Of a DNA stretch of 64,000 bases, positions 36,252-47,362 are shown piece by piece. The stretch comes from Myxococcales bacterium (lineage in GTDB: Bacteria > Myxococcota_A > UBA9042 > JABWCM01 > BTVJ01), in contig BTVJ01000004.1 in the NCBI GenBank assembly GCA_045863395.1, forward strand, positions 64,001 through 128,000, written 5' to 3'. The position numbers and the translations under genes are program-made. A model generated the notes under the pieces. The model searched no databases. It saw nothing but the letters and a program-made list of their open reading frames with translations, and had not been told where the DNA came from. The number at the start of each line of letters is the position of its first letter. Position 1 is the stretch's first letter.

Positions 36252-38807
36252 ATGCAAGCGCTTCGCTCGCTCGCGCTCGGGATCTGCGTCTGCGCCATCT
36301 GGGGAACCGGCGCGCAGGCCGCCGATCTCTCCCGCAGCCTCGGCGTCCAGGGCCGCCTCGACACCGCCTCGGGCGCGCCCGCCTCCGGCACCTTCGACCT
36401 GACCGCGCGCCTCTTCACCGCGCCGACGGGCGGTACCAAGGTCTACGAGGAGGCGATGACCGGCGTCGTGGTCGCCGGGGGCCTCTTCGACCGGGAGCTG
36501 GGGCCCATCCCGCCTGGCGTGTTGGAGGGCGCCTCCGAGCTCTGGCTGGAGCTCCAGGTGGGCACCGACACCCTGCCCCGCCGCCCCCTGCGTGCGGTGG
36601 CCTACGCGCTGGTCGCCCAGCAGGCCAACGCGGCCCTGGTCGCCGCGGACCTCGCGTGCAGCGGCTGCGTCGAGCCGTCGGAGGTGTCGTTCCCTTACGC
36701 CGCGGCAGCCTCCAAGGGCGGGGCCGCGACGGACCTGGACTGTACCGGGTGCGTCGGCGCAAGCGAGATCGGCGCCGCCTCCATCGGGGCCACGCACATC
36801 CAGGCGGGCTCCGTCACGGCGGACAAGGCGGCCTTCCCCTGGGCAGCGGCGGCGGCGGCGGGCGGCCCGGCGACGGATCTCGCCTGCACGGGCTGCGTCA
36901 GCTCCACCGAGCTGGCCGCCAGCCTCGCGCTGTCGGGCAACGTGACCGTGGGCGGAACGCTCGCCGTCTGTACGGCGGGAGCCCCGGGCTGCTCCGTCGG
37001 CATCAAGGACACGGCGCTGACGGCGGCGGGCGATGGGTGGCTGACGGCCCGGACGCCGGCGGGTGTGCGCGTGCGCAATGCGGGCGACACGGAGTACCGC
37101 CCGCTCCTCTTCGGCGGGGGCACGGCGGTCGGCAACCTCGAGGTGACGGGGGACCTGGCCGTCGCCTCGGCGTCCGTCGCAGGCAGCCTCCAGGTCGGCG
37201 GCGACGCGGGGGCGTGTACGGGCTCGCGGGCAGGCACCGTACGCTGGTCCGGCTCGGCCCTGGAGGTGTGCGACGGCGCCGAGTGGATCGCCACCGTGGG
37301 CGCAGGCAGCGGCGGCTCAATCCAGGTGGGCAACGACACGGGCGCCTGCACCCCGTCCAAGGGCGGCACGCTGCGCTGGACCGGCTCCGTCATCGAGGTG
37401 TGCGACGGCGCCTCCTGGAAGGCGATCTACGACCCTCCAAGAGACGGCAAGAGCAAGCTCCAGGCGGCGCCGAGCTGCGTGGACATCCTGGAGACCGGGT
37501 ACTCCACCGGCAGCGGCGTCTACTGGGTGGACTTCAACGGCGGCTCGACGGACGACGCCATCCAGGTCTACTGCGACATGATCACGGACGGCGGCGGCTG
37601 GACGCGGGTGCTCTGGGCCGGGGCGGACAAGGCGATCTGCGCCATCGACGACGACCTCCCCGGAAACAACAGCAACCTGATCAGCGCCTCGGGGCCCTCC
37701 TTCGGGCTGCCGTGGGAGACGGTGGACCTGCTCTTCCCCAACGGCTTCGGCGGCTACGGCGAGCTCATGGGCAAGCTCGCGTCCAACGGGGACTGGGTCA
37801 TCCTGCGCAGCGACTCGGCGTCCTGGAACTGCTTCGCCAAGGGCGACTGCTTCAACTACAACCAGGCGCAGCGCAACGTGGAGTACAAGGTGAAGGGCGG
37901 CAACTGGGAGCCGGCGGCCAACTGCTGCTGTGGCCCGAGCTCCTACTGCAGCTCCCCGTCCAGCATGATCCTGGGCATCGGCGCATACCACACGGGCAAC
38001 GGCACGGTGCGAAGCAACGCGAGCTGCACCCAGACCTACATGGGCTTCTACTCGGGGGGCCAGGGACCCGCCCCCAACCAGGGGCAGTGGAGCATCCAGG
38101 GCACCGCCTACGTGCGCACCCGCAAGCCGGTCACCTCGCCCCTCAACGGCCAGTCCAAGGGCCAGCCGGGCAAGTCCTGCAAGGCGCTGCTCGCCAACGG
38201 CTTCTCCGTGGGCAGCGGGCTCTACTGGATCGACCCCAACGGCGGCGCCACCACCGACGCCTTCAAGGTCTACTGCGACATGACGACGGACGGCGGCGGC
38301 TGGACCCGCGTCCTGTGGGCGGCGGCCGACGTCGCCATCTGCGCGGTGGACGGCGGCCTCCCCGGCGGGACCGCGAACGTCGCCTACGCGAAGGGAGTGT
38401 CCGCGGGCCTGCCCGCCACGACGGTCAACCTCCTGTTCGACAACGGCTTCGCGGGCAACGGGGAGCTGATGGGCGTCCTCGCCAACGGCCAGCGCGCCGC
38501 GTTCCGCAGCTCCACGGCGAGCTACGCGTGCTTCGCGACGGGCGGCTGCTTCAACTACGCGCAGGTCGCCAACAACGTCCAGTATCGGCTCAACGGCGGG
38601 AGCTGGCTCAACGCCGCCGACTGCTGCTGCGGACCGAGCTCCTACTGCAGCACCCCGTCGAGCCTGATCATCGGCATCGGGTCGTATCACACGGGGAACG
38701 GCGTCACCCGCAACAACGCGAGCTGCACGCAGACCTACATGGGGTTCTACTCGGGTGGCCAGGGGAGCAGCCAGTGGGACCAGACCGGGACGGCGTGGGT
38801 GCGGTAG
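36252..38807 (+). CDS. Secreted adhesin-like protein with CxGC stalk repeats and two fibrinogen-C-related domains
   Basis: Signal peptide AQA. DLxCxGCV x3. Two copies of SC...GSG.YW.D.NGG...DA..VYCDM.TDGGGWT. Confidence 0.85.
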   Translation: MQALRSLALGICVCAIWGTGAQAADLSRSLGVQGRLDTASGAPASGTFDLTARLFTAPTGGTKVYEEAMTGVVVAGGLFDRELGPIPPGVLEGASELWLELQVGTDTLPRRPLRAVAYALVAQQANAALVAADLACSGCVEPSEVSFPYAAAASKGGAATDLDCTGCVGASEIGAASIGATHIQAGSVTADKAAFPWAAAAAAGGPATDLACTGCVSSTELAASLALSGNVTVGGTLAVCTAGAPGCSVGIKDTALTAAGDGWLTARTPAGVRVRNAGDTEYRPLLFGGGTAVGNLEVTGDLAVASASVAGSLQVGGDAGACTGSRAGTVRWSGSALEVCDGAEWIATVGAGSGGSIQVGNDTGACTPSKGGTLRWTGSVIEVCDGASWKAIYDPPRDGKSKLQAAPSCVDILETGYSTGSGVYWVDFNGGSTDDAIQVYCDMITDGGGWTRVLWAGADKAICAIDDDLPGNNSNLISASGPSFGLPWETVDLLFPNGFGGYGELMGKLASNGDWVILRSDSASWNCFAKGDCFNYNQAQRNVEYKVKGGNWEPAANCCCGPSSYCSSPSSMILGIGAYHTGNGTVRSNASCTQTYMGFYSGGQGPAPNQGQWSIQGTAYVRTRKPVTSPLNGQSKGQPGKSCKALLANGFSVGSGLYWIDPNGGATTDAFKVYCDMTTDGGGWTRVLWAAADVAICAVDGGLPGGTANVAYAKGVSAGLPATTVNLLFDNGFAGNGELMGVLANGQRAAFRSSTASYACFATGGCFNYAQVANNVQYRLNGGSWLNAADCCCGPSSYCSTPSSLIIGIGSYHTGNGVTRNNASCTQTYMGFYSGGQGSSQWDQTGTAWVR

Positions 38808-38809
38808 GG

Positions 38810-38866
38810 GCGGAGGAGGCGGAGGGGCCGGAGGGGGCGGAGGAGGCGGAGGAGGCGGAGGAGGCG
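38810..38866 (+). repeat. 9-bp G-rich tandem repeat (GCGGAGGAG, about 6.3 copies) between convergent genes
   Basis: Units at 38810, 38819, 38828, 38837, 38846 and 38855; two of them are variants. Confidence 0.85.
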
Positions 38867-38883
38867 CTCCGGCTCCTGACCGT

Positions 38884-40767
38884 TCAGGGCAGCCACGGCC
38901 CCGGGTCGCACACGCCGCCTGGGGGCCCCGGGGGGTCGTAGGGCAACAGGTCCGGGGCGGGGATGAGCTTGCCGGCCACGTCGTCGATGCGGAACATCTT
39001 GGCGTCCGGCCCCACGCCGAGCTGGAGCTCCTCGAAGGCGGTCACCCAGAAGTAGCCGGTGAAGGCGGGGGTGGTCGCGCTCTTGTACTCCAGCGTCACG
39101 GTCTTGCGCCCGCCGGGCCCGGTGCCGCAGGTGATGCAGTACTTGGCGAAGGGGTCGCCGATGACCGGGCCGTCCCACCAGATGTCCTTGGCGTAGTCGG
39201 CGACGATGCGCACGAGCAGGGCACCGGGAGGGGTCGGCGTCTTGTCCACGATCTTCGTGTCCGGCGGCACCACCAGGACGAGCCGATCCGTGCCCGGGTC
39301 GCCCCAGACGGCCTCGCCGGAGCCTCCACCGCCGAAGAAGTTGGGCCCGAGGAACGCGATGGACTCCTTGCCCTCGTCCACATACCAGACCGCCGTGTCG
39401 TCGCCCATGCCGCCAAAGACCCTGAAGTCACGCATGTTCCCGCGCAGCACCACCAGGTCGTCGCCGTCGGTCGGGTCCAGCACGTCCGTCTTGCCGCCGT
39501 CCCCGTTGCCCGCGTCGATGGCCGCGCCGCCCATGTCCAGCGCGAAGATCCAGTCGGACCCGGGCCCCGTGTGGATGGTCGCCTGCTTGAACTGGTAGCC
39601 AGGCCCTGCGTCGGGGATGCACCCACCGATGACCAGGTCGTTGTCCCACTTCGAGCCCGACAGGCTGGAGCCCGTGCGGAAGTCCAGGGACCAGGACCCG
39701 TCGAAGATCAGCACGTCCGGCCCATCGCCCAGGTTGCCCGACGTGAAGCTGTGGAGCAGGCCCGAGGGCCCGAGATCCAGGACGTCGATGCCCGGGGAGC
39801 CCTCGAAGTAGGCCGCTGGCCCCGCGTAGTCGATGGCGTCCGGGTCGTTGCCCAGCAGGCGCCAGCCGTAGTGGTTTCCCTCGTCGTCGACCAGCATCTC
39901 GAACTTCCCGATGTTGCCGGCGAAGTTCTTCCAGTTGGCCATGTCGTCGTTGGCGTCGTTCCAGTCCCACTTGCCGGGCGGCAGGATGGGCGAGACCTCG
40001 CCCGTCCAGGTCTTGTGGCCGTCGAAGTACTCGTCGTCGAACAGCCCCGCCATCGGGAAGTCGGACTGCGTGGGCTCGAAGCTGCCGTCCCAGGAGTAGG
40101 GGTACTTCAGCGGAGGGCCGGCGTCGGCGCCCGGAGAGCCAGCGTCGGCGGCCGGACCCGCGTCGGGAGAGGGCGCGTCGACGGATCCGCCGGCGTCGAG
40201 GGGCCCCGTGTCCGGGGGAGCGAGCACGTCAGGGTCCGCGGGGCCAGCGTCGGCCGATGCATCGTCGAGGTCCACGTCCGACGGGGAGGCGTCGGAGGGG
40301 CCGGCATCGGAGGGACCGGCGTCCGTGGGACCGGGGTCCGTGGATCCGGCGTCCCACGGCGCGGCGCCGTCAGCGCCCGCACCGCCGATGGCGTCCTCCC
40401 AGGTGTCCTCCCCCGGTGAGGCGTCCGACGCAGCGCCGTCCTCCGACGCGCCACCCGCTGCGGCGTCGCTCACCTCGGCTTCCGCCCCGTGATCGCGCTC
40501 TGCCGCAGCCCCGGCATCCACCACGCCCCCATCGAGGTCCCGCGGAGGGAGCTGCGCGTCCAGCACCGACCCGCCACGGGAGCCGCCGTGCCCATCCGGA
40601 GGGGAGCCCAGCGCTGCGTCGTCGTCCACACCCGCCACATCCGGCGCCCCGGGCTCCGTCAGCCCCGCGTCAATGGCCACGGCCCCCACGGGCTCGGGCT
40701 GGTCTCCCGAGACGTCACAGCCACCCGACACCAGCAGGATCGACAGAGCGAGAAGAACGGCGCGCAT
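38884..40767 (-). CDS. Lipoprotein with long low-complexity linker and Gly/Asp-rich (RTX-like beta-roll) domain
   Basis: Lipobox-like SGGC, DAG-repeat linker, and GxGxDxL-like repeats (GDGPDVL, GPGSDWI, GMGDDTA, PGTDRLV). Confidence 0.75.
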   Translation of the reverse strand: MRAVLLALSILLVSGGCDVSGDQPEPVGAVAIDAGLTEPGAPDVAGVDDDAALGSPPDGHGGSRGGSVLDAQLPPRDLDGGVVDAGAAAERDHGAEAEVSDAAAGGASEDGAASDASPGEDTWEDAIGGAGADGAAPWDAGSTDPGPTDAGPSDAGPSDASPSDVDLDDASADAGPADPDVLAPPDTGPLDAGGSVDAPSPDAGPAADAGSPGADAGPPLKYPYSWDGSFEPTQSDFPMAGLFDDEYFDGHKTWTGEVSPILPPGKWDWNDANDDMANWKNFAGNIGKFEMLVDDEGNHYGWRLLGNDPDAIDYAGPAAYFEGSPGIDVLDLGPSGLLHSFTSGNLGDGPDVLIFDGSWSLDFRTGSSLSGSKWDNDLVIGGCIPDAGPGYQFKQATIHTGPGSDWIFALDMGGAAIDAGNGDGGKTDVLDPTDGDDLVVLRGNMRDFRVFGGMGDDTAVWYVDEGKESIAFLGPNFFGGGGSGEAVWGDPGTDRLVLVVPPDTKIVDKTPTPPGALLVRIVADYAKDIWWDGPVIGDPFAKYCITCGTGPGGRKTVTLEYKSATTPAFTGYFWVTAFEELQLGVGPDAKMFRIDDVAGKLIPAPDLLPYDPPGPPGGVCDPGPWLP

Positions 40768-40867
40768 GGCTCAACCTCTCGGCGGTCTGGTGAATGGCGC
40801 GAAGACTGTCCTCGCGAGCATATACCGACGCACCGTGAAGGGAAGGCTCACGCTGAAGATTGGCAGC

Positions 40868-43324
40868 CTACCTCAGCTCGTTGGTCCACACGCAGCGGTA
40901 GGGGTACTGGTAGGAGGTGCTGTTGATCTTGTACGCCCACGTCGAGTAGGTCGAGTACTGCCCCGTGAAGCTCGTGTCCACGCCGCTCCACTTGATGATG
41001 CCCGACAGGAACTGGGTGTCGTTGTACCCCTCCTGGTCGCTGGACCAGATCCAACTGTTGGACCCGTTGGGCAGGCCTTCGCGGATCAACTCCGTCAGGT
41101 CCCGCTCCGACGCCAGGTGGCCAGAGAGGTCATTGCAGGCCTTCACTGCCAGGTGGAAGCGCGTCGCTGCGCGGTCCGTGCTGTCCATCCACATCTTGAC
41201 CTTGCCGCCGCCCTTGGTGGACAGGAAGCAGCCCCCGTTGCACGCCGACGGCCCCGCGTAGGCTTGGTCCACCGGGTAGTAGACGCAGCGGTAGGGCCGC
41301 CCGCTCTCCGTGCGGTAGGACCACGTCGCGTAGGTCGAGTAGTAGTCGCTGAAGCTCTTGTCCGTCCCCGACCACTTGCTGATGCCCACCAGGAACTGGG
41401 TTCCGTTCCAGCCTTGCTGGTCGCTGGTCCAGAGCCAGTTGTTGGAGCCGTTCGGGAGGCCCTCGGAGATCAGCTCGTGGAGGTCGCGGGACGTGGGCAG
41501 GTGGCCGCCGCCGTTCCAGCAGGTGCTGGTCGCCGCCTGGAGGGTCGCGCTCGCCAGGTCCGTGGTCGTGGACTTGAGCTTCGTGGTCGGGGTCACCCAC
41601 TCGTTGGTGATGGTGTTGGGGTGCGTCCCCGCGTCGTAGTTGACGCCGACGCACCGGAAGCGCGCCTCGTAGCCCGTCGCCTTGTAGGCCCACGTGGCAT
41701 AGGCGGAGTAGCTGTCGTCGAAGCCGGTGTTCACCCCGCTCCAGCGCACGACGCCCGTGAGGAAATTGGTGCCGTTGTAGCCCTGGCCGTCGCTGGTCCA
41801 GAGCCAGTCGTTCGACCCGTTGGGCAGCCCACGCATGATCTCCTCGGAGAGGTCCCGCTCCCACGCCAGGTGCGCGCGGTAGAAGGCACACTCGCGGACG
41901 GCCACGTTGTACGAGGTCGGGGGGCGGTCCCACAGGTCCACGTTGTAGCGGTCCCCCTCCCGCTTCGCCAACCAGCAGGGGTTGCCCGCCGGCCCGTGGC
42001 AGTTCTTGCCGGTGAAGCTCGTCGGGGCCGCCGGCGGGAAGATGCACCGGTATGCGCGCACCGTGCTGTCCGCCGAATAGGAGATGTCCCCGTTGTCGAG
42101 GCGCCCGACGATGTGTGCGCCCGCGTACTCCTCGATGATCCCCCAGAGCCAGGCCGACGTGTAGGCGGTCCCCACCTCGGCGGTGCCGGTGTAGCTGACC
42201 CGCGACAGCTCCGTGGCGGTCGGCAGCCTGCCCCCGGCCGCCTCGCACGTCGCCTTGGCGTTGGCCCAGGTGGCGGTCGGCCGCTCGTGCCCGTCCCAGG
42301 TGGCGCCCCACGAGTCGACCAGGGAGTAGCCGAGCCCCTGCGTGGTGCCGCCCGAGGCGACGACGACGCAGGCGAACGCGCTCCCGTCCCACTGGAGGGC
42401 CTTGCCCGGACCGACGCAGGACGGCGGAGTCGGCAGCCCCGCTCCCGACACACACACCCACGCGCTGCCGTTCCACTGCGGCGACTGCCCGGACGAGCAG
42501 CTCAAGGCCCCGAGCGCGTCCTTGTCGGGGCAGTTGCCCGCCGCCGTGCAGACGGTGCTGCCGCCGGCGCTCAGCGTCCCCGTGACGGTCACGTTGCCAG
42601 TGATGGTTCCCCCGGTCTTGCCGTTCACCGTGTTCAGGGCCGGCCCCACGGCCGCGACGGCCTCGGCGTCCGTGTAGCGGTCGTGGTGCAGCGGGTTGCC
42701 CGCCCCCTTCGCTCCCATCGCCGCGACCGCCTCCGCGTTGGTGTACCGGTCGTGGTGCAGCGGGTTGCCGGCGGCCTTGGCGCCCATGGCGGCGACGGCC
42801 TCCGCGTTGGTGTAGCGCGTGTGGTGGGCGCTGGCGTCGGCCGCGTGGGCGTCCAGCTCCGCCTGGGTGGCCGGGTCGAAGGCGAGCTCGCCGATGGCCA
42901 CGCACCCGCTGCACGCGAGATCCCCGGCCTGGTCCGCGCTGACCGCAGAGCGCGCCCGGAACGCGAAGGCGACGGTCCGGAGCGCCGATCGCGGCAGCTC
43001 GGGCTCACCCGCGACGGACACTCCGACCCACACGTCCCCGTTGTCGCGGAACAGCGTGGCGGGGATGGGCGTGCCCTGCCCGAGCACCACGTCGAGCACC
43101 CCGCCCGAGACCTGCACCGCAGGCATGGTCTCGGTCCAGAGCACGGTGGAGCTCGACTGGGACGGGTAGAGCTTGATGGTCAGGGAGTACGTCCCGTTGA
43201 GGGGCGCCCCCCCCGCGGTCTGGAGCGCCGCCTGCAGGGCGACCGTGCTCGGCACGTCCGCGGCCCGGGCAGGTGACAAGAGAACGGAGAACGACAGGAA
43301 CGCGGTGGCGATGGCCTTGCGCAC
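40868..43324 (-). CDS. Secreted fibre/adhesin-like protein with His-rich repeats and four C-type-lectin-fold (DUF1566-like) domains
   Basis: Signal peptide ARA. N-terminal module shared with the 36252 and 55239 proteins. HHxRYT repeats. Repeated TW..A...C...GG.LP...EL...WLW motifs. Confidence 0.8.
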   Translation of the reverse strand: MRKAIATAFLSFSVLLSPARAADVPSTVALQAALQTAGGAPLNGTYSLTIKLYPSQSSSTVLWTETMPAVQVSGGVLDVVLGQGTPIPATLFRDNGDVWVGVSVAGEPELPRSALRTVAFAFRARSAVSADQAGDLACSGCVAIGELAFDPATQAELDAHAADASAHHTRYTNAEAVAAMGAKAAGNPLHHDRYTNAEAVAAMGAKGAGNPLHHDRYTDAEAVAAVGPALNTVNGKTGGTITGNVTVTGTLSAGGSTVCTAAGNCPDKDALGALSCSSGQSPQWNGSAWVCVSGAGLPTPPSCVGPGKALQWDGSAFACVVVASGGTTQGLGYSLVDSWGATWDGHERPTATWANAKATCEAAGGRLPTATELSRVSYTGTAEVGTAYTSAWLWGIIEEYAGAHIVGRLDNGDISYSADSTVRAYRCIFPPAAPTSFTGKNCHGPAGNPCWLAKREGDRYNVDLWDRPPTSYNVAVRECAFYRAHLAWERDLSEEIMRGLPNGSNDWLWTSDGQGYNGTNFLTGVVRWSGVNTGFDDSYSAYATWAYKATGYEARFRCVGVNYDAGTHPNTITNEWVTPTTKLKSTTTDLASATLQAATSTCWNGGGHLPTSRDLHELISEGLPNGSNNWLWTSDQQGWNGTQFLVGISKWSGTDKSFSDYYSTYATWSYRTESGRPYRCVYYPVDQAYAGPSACNGGCFLSTKGGGKVKMWMDSTDRAATRFHLAVKACNDLSGHLASERDLTELIREGLPNGSNSWIWSSDQEGYNDTQFLSGIIKWSGVDTSFTGQYSTYSTWAYKINSTSYQYPYRCVWTNELR
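42644..42826 (-). repeat. Intragenic 69-bp (23-aa) tandem repeat, about 2.7 copies
   Basis: HH(T/D)RYT(N/D)AEAVAAMGAKxAGNPL. His-His codons at 42821, 42752 and 42683. Confidence 0.9.
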
Positions 43325-43378
43325 GACGGTACCTCCACGAGGGGTGCCGCTTCAACCTACGGGGGTCGCGAGCCGATT

Positions 43379-44584
43379 TCAACTCGCCGGCGGCGGAGTC
43401 GCTGCCACGTCGGCGAGACAGGCCAGAATCGCCGCAGCGAGGGACACGTAGTCGGCAGGCTCGTTGTAGAGCTGCGCCGAGAGGCGCACCAGGCGCGCTG
43501 GCGGAGCTGGCCAGCAGGAGACGGGGATCTCGATGGAGAAGCGGTCCAGGAGGGCGTCCTGAAGCGGATCCGTGCGAAAGGGAGAGCGAGGCGCGGTGGA
43601 ATCGCCAGGAGGCAGCAGAATCGAGGCCATGGAGCCGATCATCCCGTCGGGGCACGGGAGCGGAACACTCAGCGCGACGGCCACTACACGCCGCGCCTCC
43701 AGGGCCAGGGAGCGGTTGCGCTCGAGGAGGGAGGCGAGCCCCCCTGGGAGGGCCCCACGCAGGAAGGCGATGGCCGCAGGCACGGAGAGCATCGCCGTCG
43801 GATCCGCCGTCCCGGTCCAGTCGGCCTCGACGCGGAACCGGGACCGCCCCTCCAGGGGCGCATTGGCCCCGTGGCTGATGGAGAGGGGCCGGACCCCAGC
43901 CTGGCGGTCGCGCCGGACGTGCAGGAAGGCGGCCCCCTTCGGGGCGCACACCCACTTGTGGAGGTTTCCCGTGTAGTACGCGGCCCCGATGGACTGGAGA
44001 TCCAGTGGGACCATCCCCGGGGCGTGGGCCCCATCGACGAGCACGTCGATGCCCCGGTCCGCAGCCGCCCGGACGATGCCCTCGATGGGGAGCACGAGAG
44101 CCGTGGGGCTGGTCACGTGATCCACGAGCACGAGGCGCGTGCGGTCCGTGAGCGCCGCCTCGATTGCGGAGGCCGCCTCGTCCGGCCCCCCAAGGGGGAA
44201 CGGCACGCGCGCGACCACGACCCGAGCTCCGGCCGCGGCAGCGACCACCTCCAGGGCGTTGCGGCAGGCGTTGTACTCGTGGTCCGTAGTGACGAGCTCG
44301 TCGCCGGGCCGCAGATGCAGCGAGCGGAGCACCGTATTGACCCCGGCGGTGGCGTTGGGCACGAAGGCCAGGTCGTCCGGGTCCGCCCCGACGAGGTCCC
44401 CGAGGGTCGCGCGCGCCTCGTCGGCCAGGCGCGGCAGCTCCCGCATGAAGAAGCGCACCGGCTCCCGCTCCATGCGGCTGCGCAGCTCGGCCTGCGCGTC
44501 GAGCACGGCGCGGGGGCACGCGCCGAAGGAGCCGTGGTTCAGGTAGGTGATGTGCGGGTCCAGGGTCCAGAGGTCTCTCATCAT
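43379..44584 (-). CDS. Class V PLP enzyme (isopenicillin N epimerase / EgtE-like C-S lyase family)
   Basis: YLNHGSFGACP, NATAGVN, DHVTSPT, VDGAHAPG, GNLHKW. Start at ATG 44584, with a TACAAT -10 box 8 nt upstream. Confidence 0.9.
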   Translation of the reverse strand: MMRDLWTLDPHITYLNHGSFGACPRAVLDAQAELRSRMEREPVRFFMRELPRLADEARATLGDLVGADPDDLAFVPNATAGVNTVLRSLHLRPGDELVTTDHEYNACRNALEVVAAAAGARVVVARVPFPLGGPDEAASAIEAALTDRTRLVLVDHVTSPTALVLPIEGIVRAAADRGIDVLVDGAHAPGMVPLDLQSIGAAYYTGNLHKWVCAPKGAAFLHVRRDRQAGVRPLSISHGANAPLEGRSRFRVEADWTGTADPTAMLSVPAAIAFLRGALPGGLASLLERNRSLALEARRVVAVALSVPLPCPDGMIGSMASILLPPGDSTAPRSPFRTDPLQDALLDRFSIEIPVSCWPAPPARLVRLSAQLYNEPADYVSLAAAILACLADVAATPPPAS

Positions 44585-44719
44585 GGGGCGCGATTGTACT
44601 CGCCCATGCCGCCCCGTCGAGGGCCCCGATCGGGCAGCGCCGTTCCGGAGGGCTCGACAGCCGCGGGGTGCTGCTGCATCCTCTGGCGCGGGGTACGTCA
44701 TGACTACACGGAGGGCTTC

Positions 44720-45862
44720 ATGAACGCGAGCAGATGGGTCGGGGCCTTGACGCTGGCCGCGCTGATCGGCGCCGGCTGCGAGACCGAGGAGACCGGGGGC
44801 ACGAGCGACGCCGGGAGCGGCGCCGTGGACACGGGCAGCGGGGCGACCAGCGACGCGGCCGGCGACGCGGCGGCGGACTCGGGCGGCACCCCCGGGGCGG
44901 ACACGGTGGGCTCGACCGACGTGGGGCTCACGGACACGCTGGGCGACGGGACCGCGGCCGGCCCGGACAAGAAGACCGCGCTGCTCTCCATCGCCACCAT
45001 CATCGCGCCGGACCTGCCCATCCAGTTCATCTCCGTGTCCACGTACACGCCCAACGCAGACCCGACGACGGGGGGCACCATCCACTTCGAGCTCCAGCCG
45101 CTCCAGACGGCGCCGGGCAAGGCCACGCGCGAGCCCGTGGGGGACGTCATCGAGGCGGACGGCACCGTGGACGGAAAGGGGGGCCTCATCCTGGACGTGG
45201 GGACCCAGCAGGTGGTCGGCGACGCCAACCCGGTCAGCGGCAGCGACATCGAGGCGACCCTCAAGCTCATCGGCCGCGTCGTGTCGCCTGATCTGTCGTG
45301 TGGCACCATCCAGGGCAGCGTCACAAAGCCCTTCGAGGCGCCGCTCGCCGGCTCCACCTGGGCCGCGATCACCATCACCGACACCACCCCGGCGAACCTG
45401 CCGGACCCCGTCGGCAAGTGCCCCGGCGACGGGCCAGACACGGACGCCGTCTCCCACGACGTCGCCTCCCACGACGTGGTGGGGCACGACGTGGCCCCCC
45501 ACGAGGCGGGCACGTGGGACGCAGGCGCCTTCGATGCCGGCGCGCCAGTGACCTTCGAGGCCGTCTGGGCGATCCTGGAGAGCTACTCCTGCACCAATGG
45601 GTACTGCCACGGCAGCGGCGCCGGCTACCTCCAGATGTCGTCACAGGAGGGCGCCTACGCGGCCCTCTACGCCGTCGACTCCTTCTGCGACGGGACGAAG
45701 CTGGTCGACCCTGGCAACGCGGCGGCCAGCCTCCTGTACTTGAAGGTCGTCCCCGGGAAGCCCTCCCCCTGCGGCGCCAAGATGCCCAAGGACGCCGGCG
45801 AGATGGACGCGGACGACGCCCTGGTGATCCGCAAGTGGATCGAGGCCGGCGCGATGCCGTGA
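44720..45862 (+). CDS. Lipoprotein with C-terminal c-type cytochrome-like domain (CX4CH)
   Basis: Lipobox GAGC. Near the C-terminus: SCTNGYCHG, VDPGNAAASLLYLKV, KMP and IRKWIEAGA. Confidence 0.75.
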   Translation: MNASRWVGALTLAALIGAGCETEETGGTSDAGSGAVDTGSGATSDAAGDAAADSGGTPGADTVGSTDVGLTDTLGDGTAAGPDKKTALLSIATIIAPDLPIQFISVSTYTPNADPTTGGTIHFELQPLQTAPGKATREPVGDVIEADGTVDGKGGLILDVGTQQVVGDANPVSGSDIEATLKLIGRVVSPDLSCGTIQGSVTKPFEAPLAGSTWAAITITDTTPANLPDPVGKCPGDGPDTDAVSHDVASHDVVGHDVAPHEAGTWDAGAFDAGAPVTFEAVWAILESYSCTNGYCHGSGAGYLQMSSQEGAYAALYAVDSFCDGTKLVDPGNAAASLLYLKVVPGKPSPCGAKMPKDAGEMDADDALVIRKWIEAGAMP

Positions 45863-45881
45863 GTGGCGTCCCTGCGGCGCG

Positions 45882-47177
<1,296 letters not shown>

Positions 47178-47362
47178 CCTTGTCACCTCCCTGCGCGATG
47201 TCCATGGCGCGCCTCTGGACATGGAGGCACAAAGGTGTAGCATCGAGCCAACGTCGCCGCCAGACCGAGGTGGTGGGCGGCGACGCCTCGAGGGACCCGA
47301 CGGGAGACCCCGCCTCGCCCCTCCGACGGCCCCGGAGGCCGCAGGAACCGAGGAGCGGTACC

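Noticed and set aside
29160..40700. Asp/Ala/Gly-rich quasi-repeats in several lipoproteins (about 29160-29540 and 40100-40700)
   Set aside because: Ordinary low-complexity linkers following lipoboxes, not discrete repeat elements.
40868..42330. Diversity-generating retroelement target (C-type-lectin-fold repeats)
   Set aside because: The repeats are in-frame paralogous domains that differ at all base types. No non-coding template repeat and no RT were seen.
43379..44584. Beta-lactam or ergothioneine biosynthetic cluster around the isopenicillin-N-epimerase-like gene
   Set aside because: No NRPS, IPNS or egtB/egtD genes in the window, and this family is widespread as stand-alone C-S lyases.
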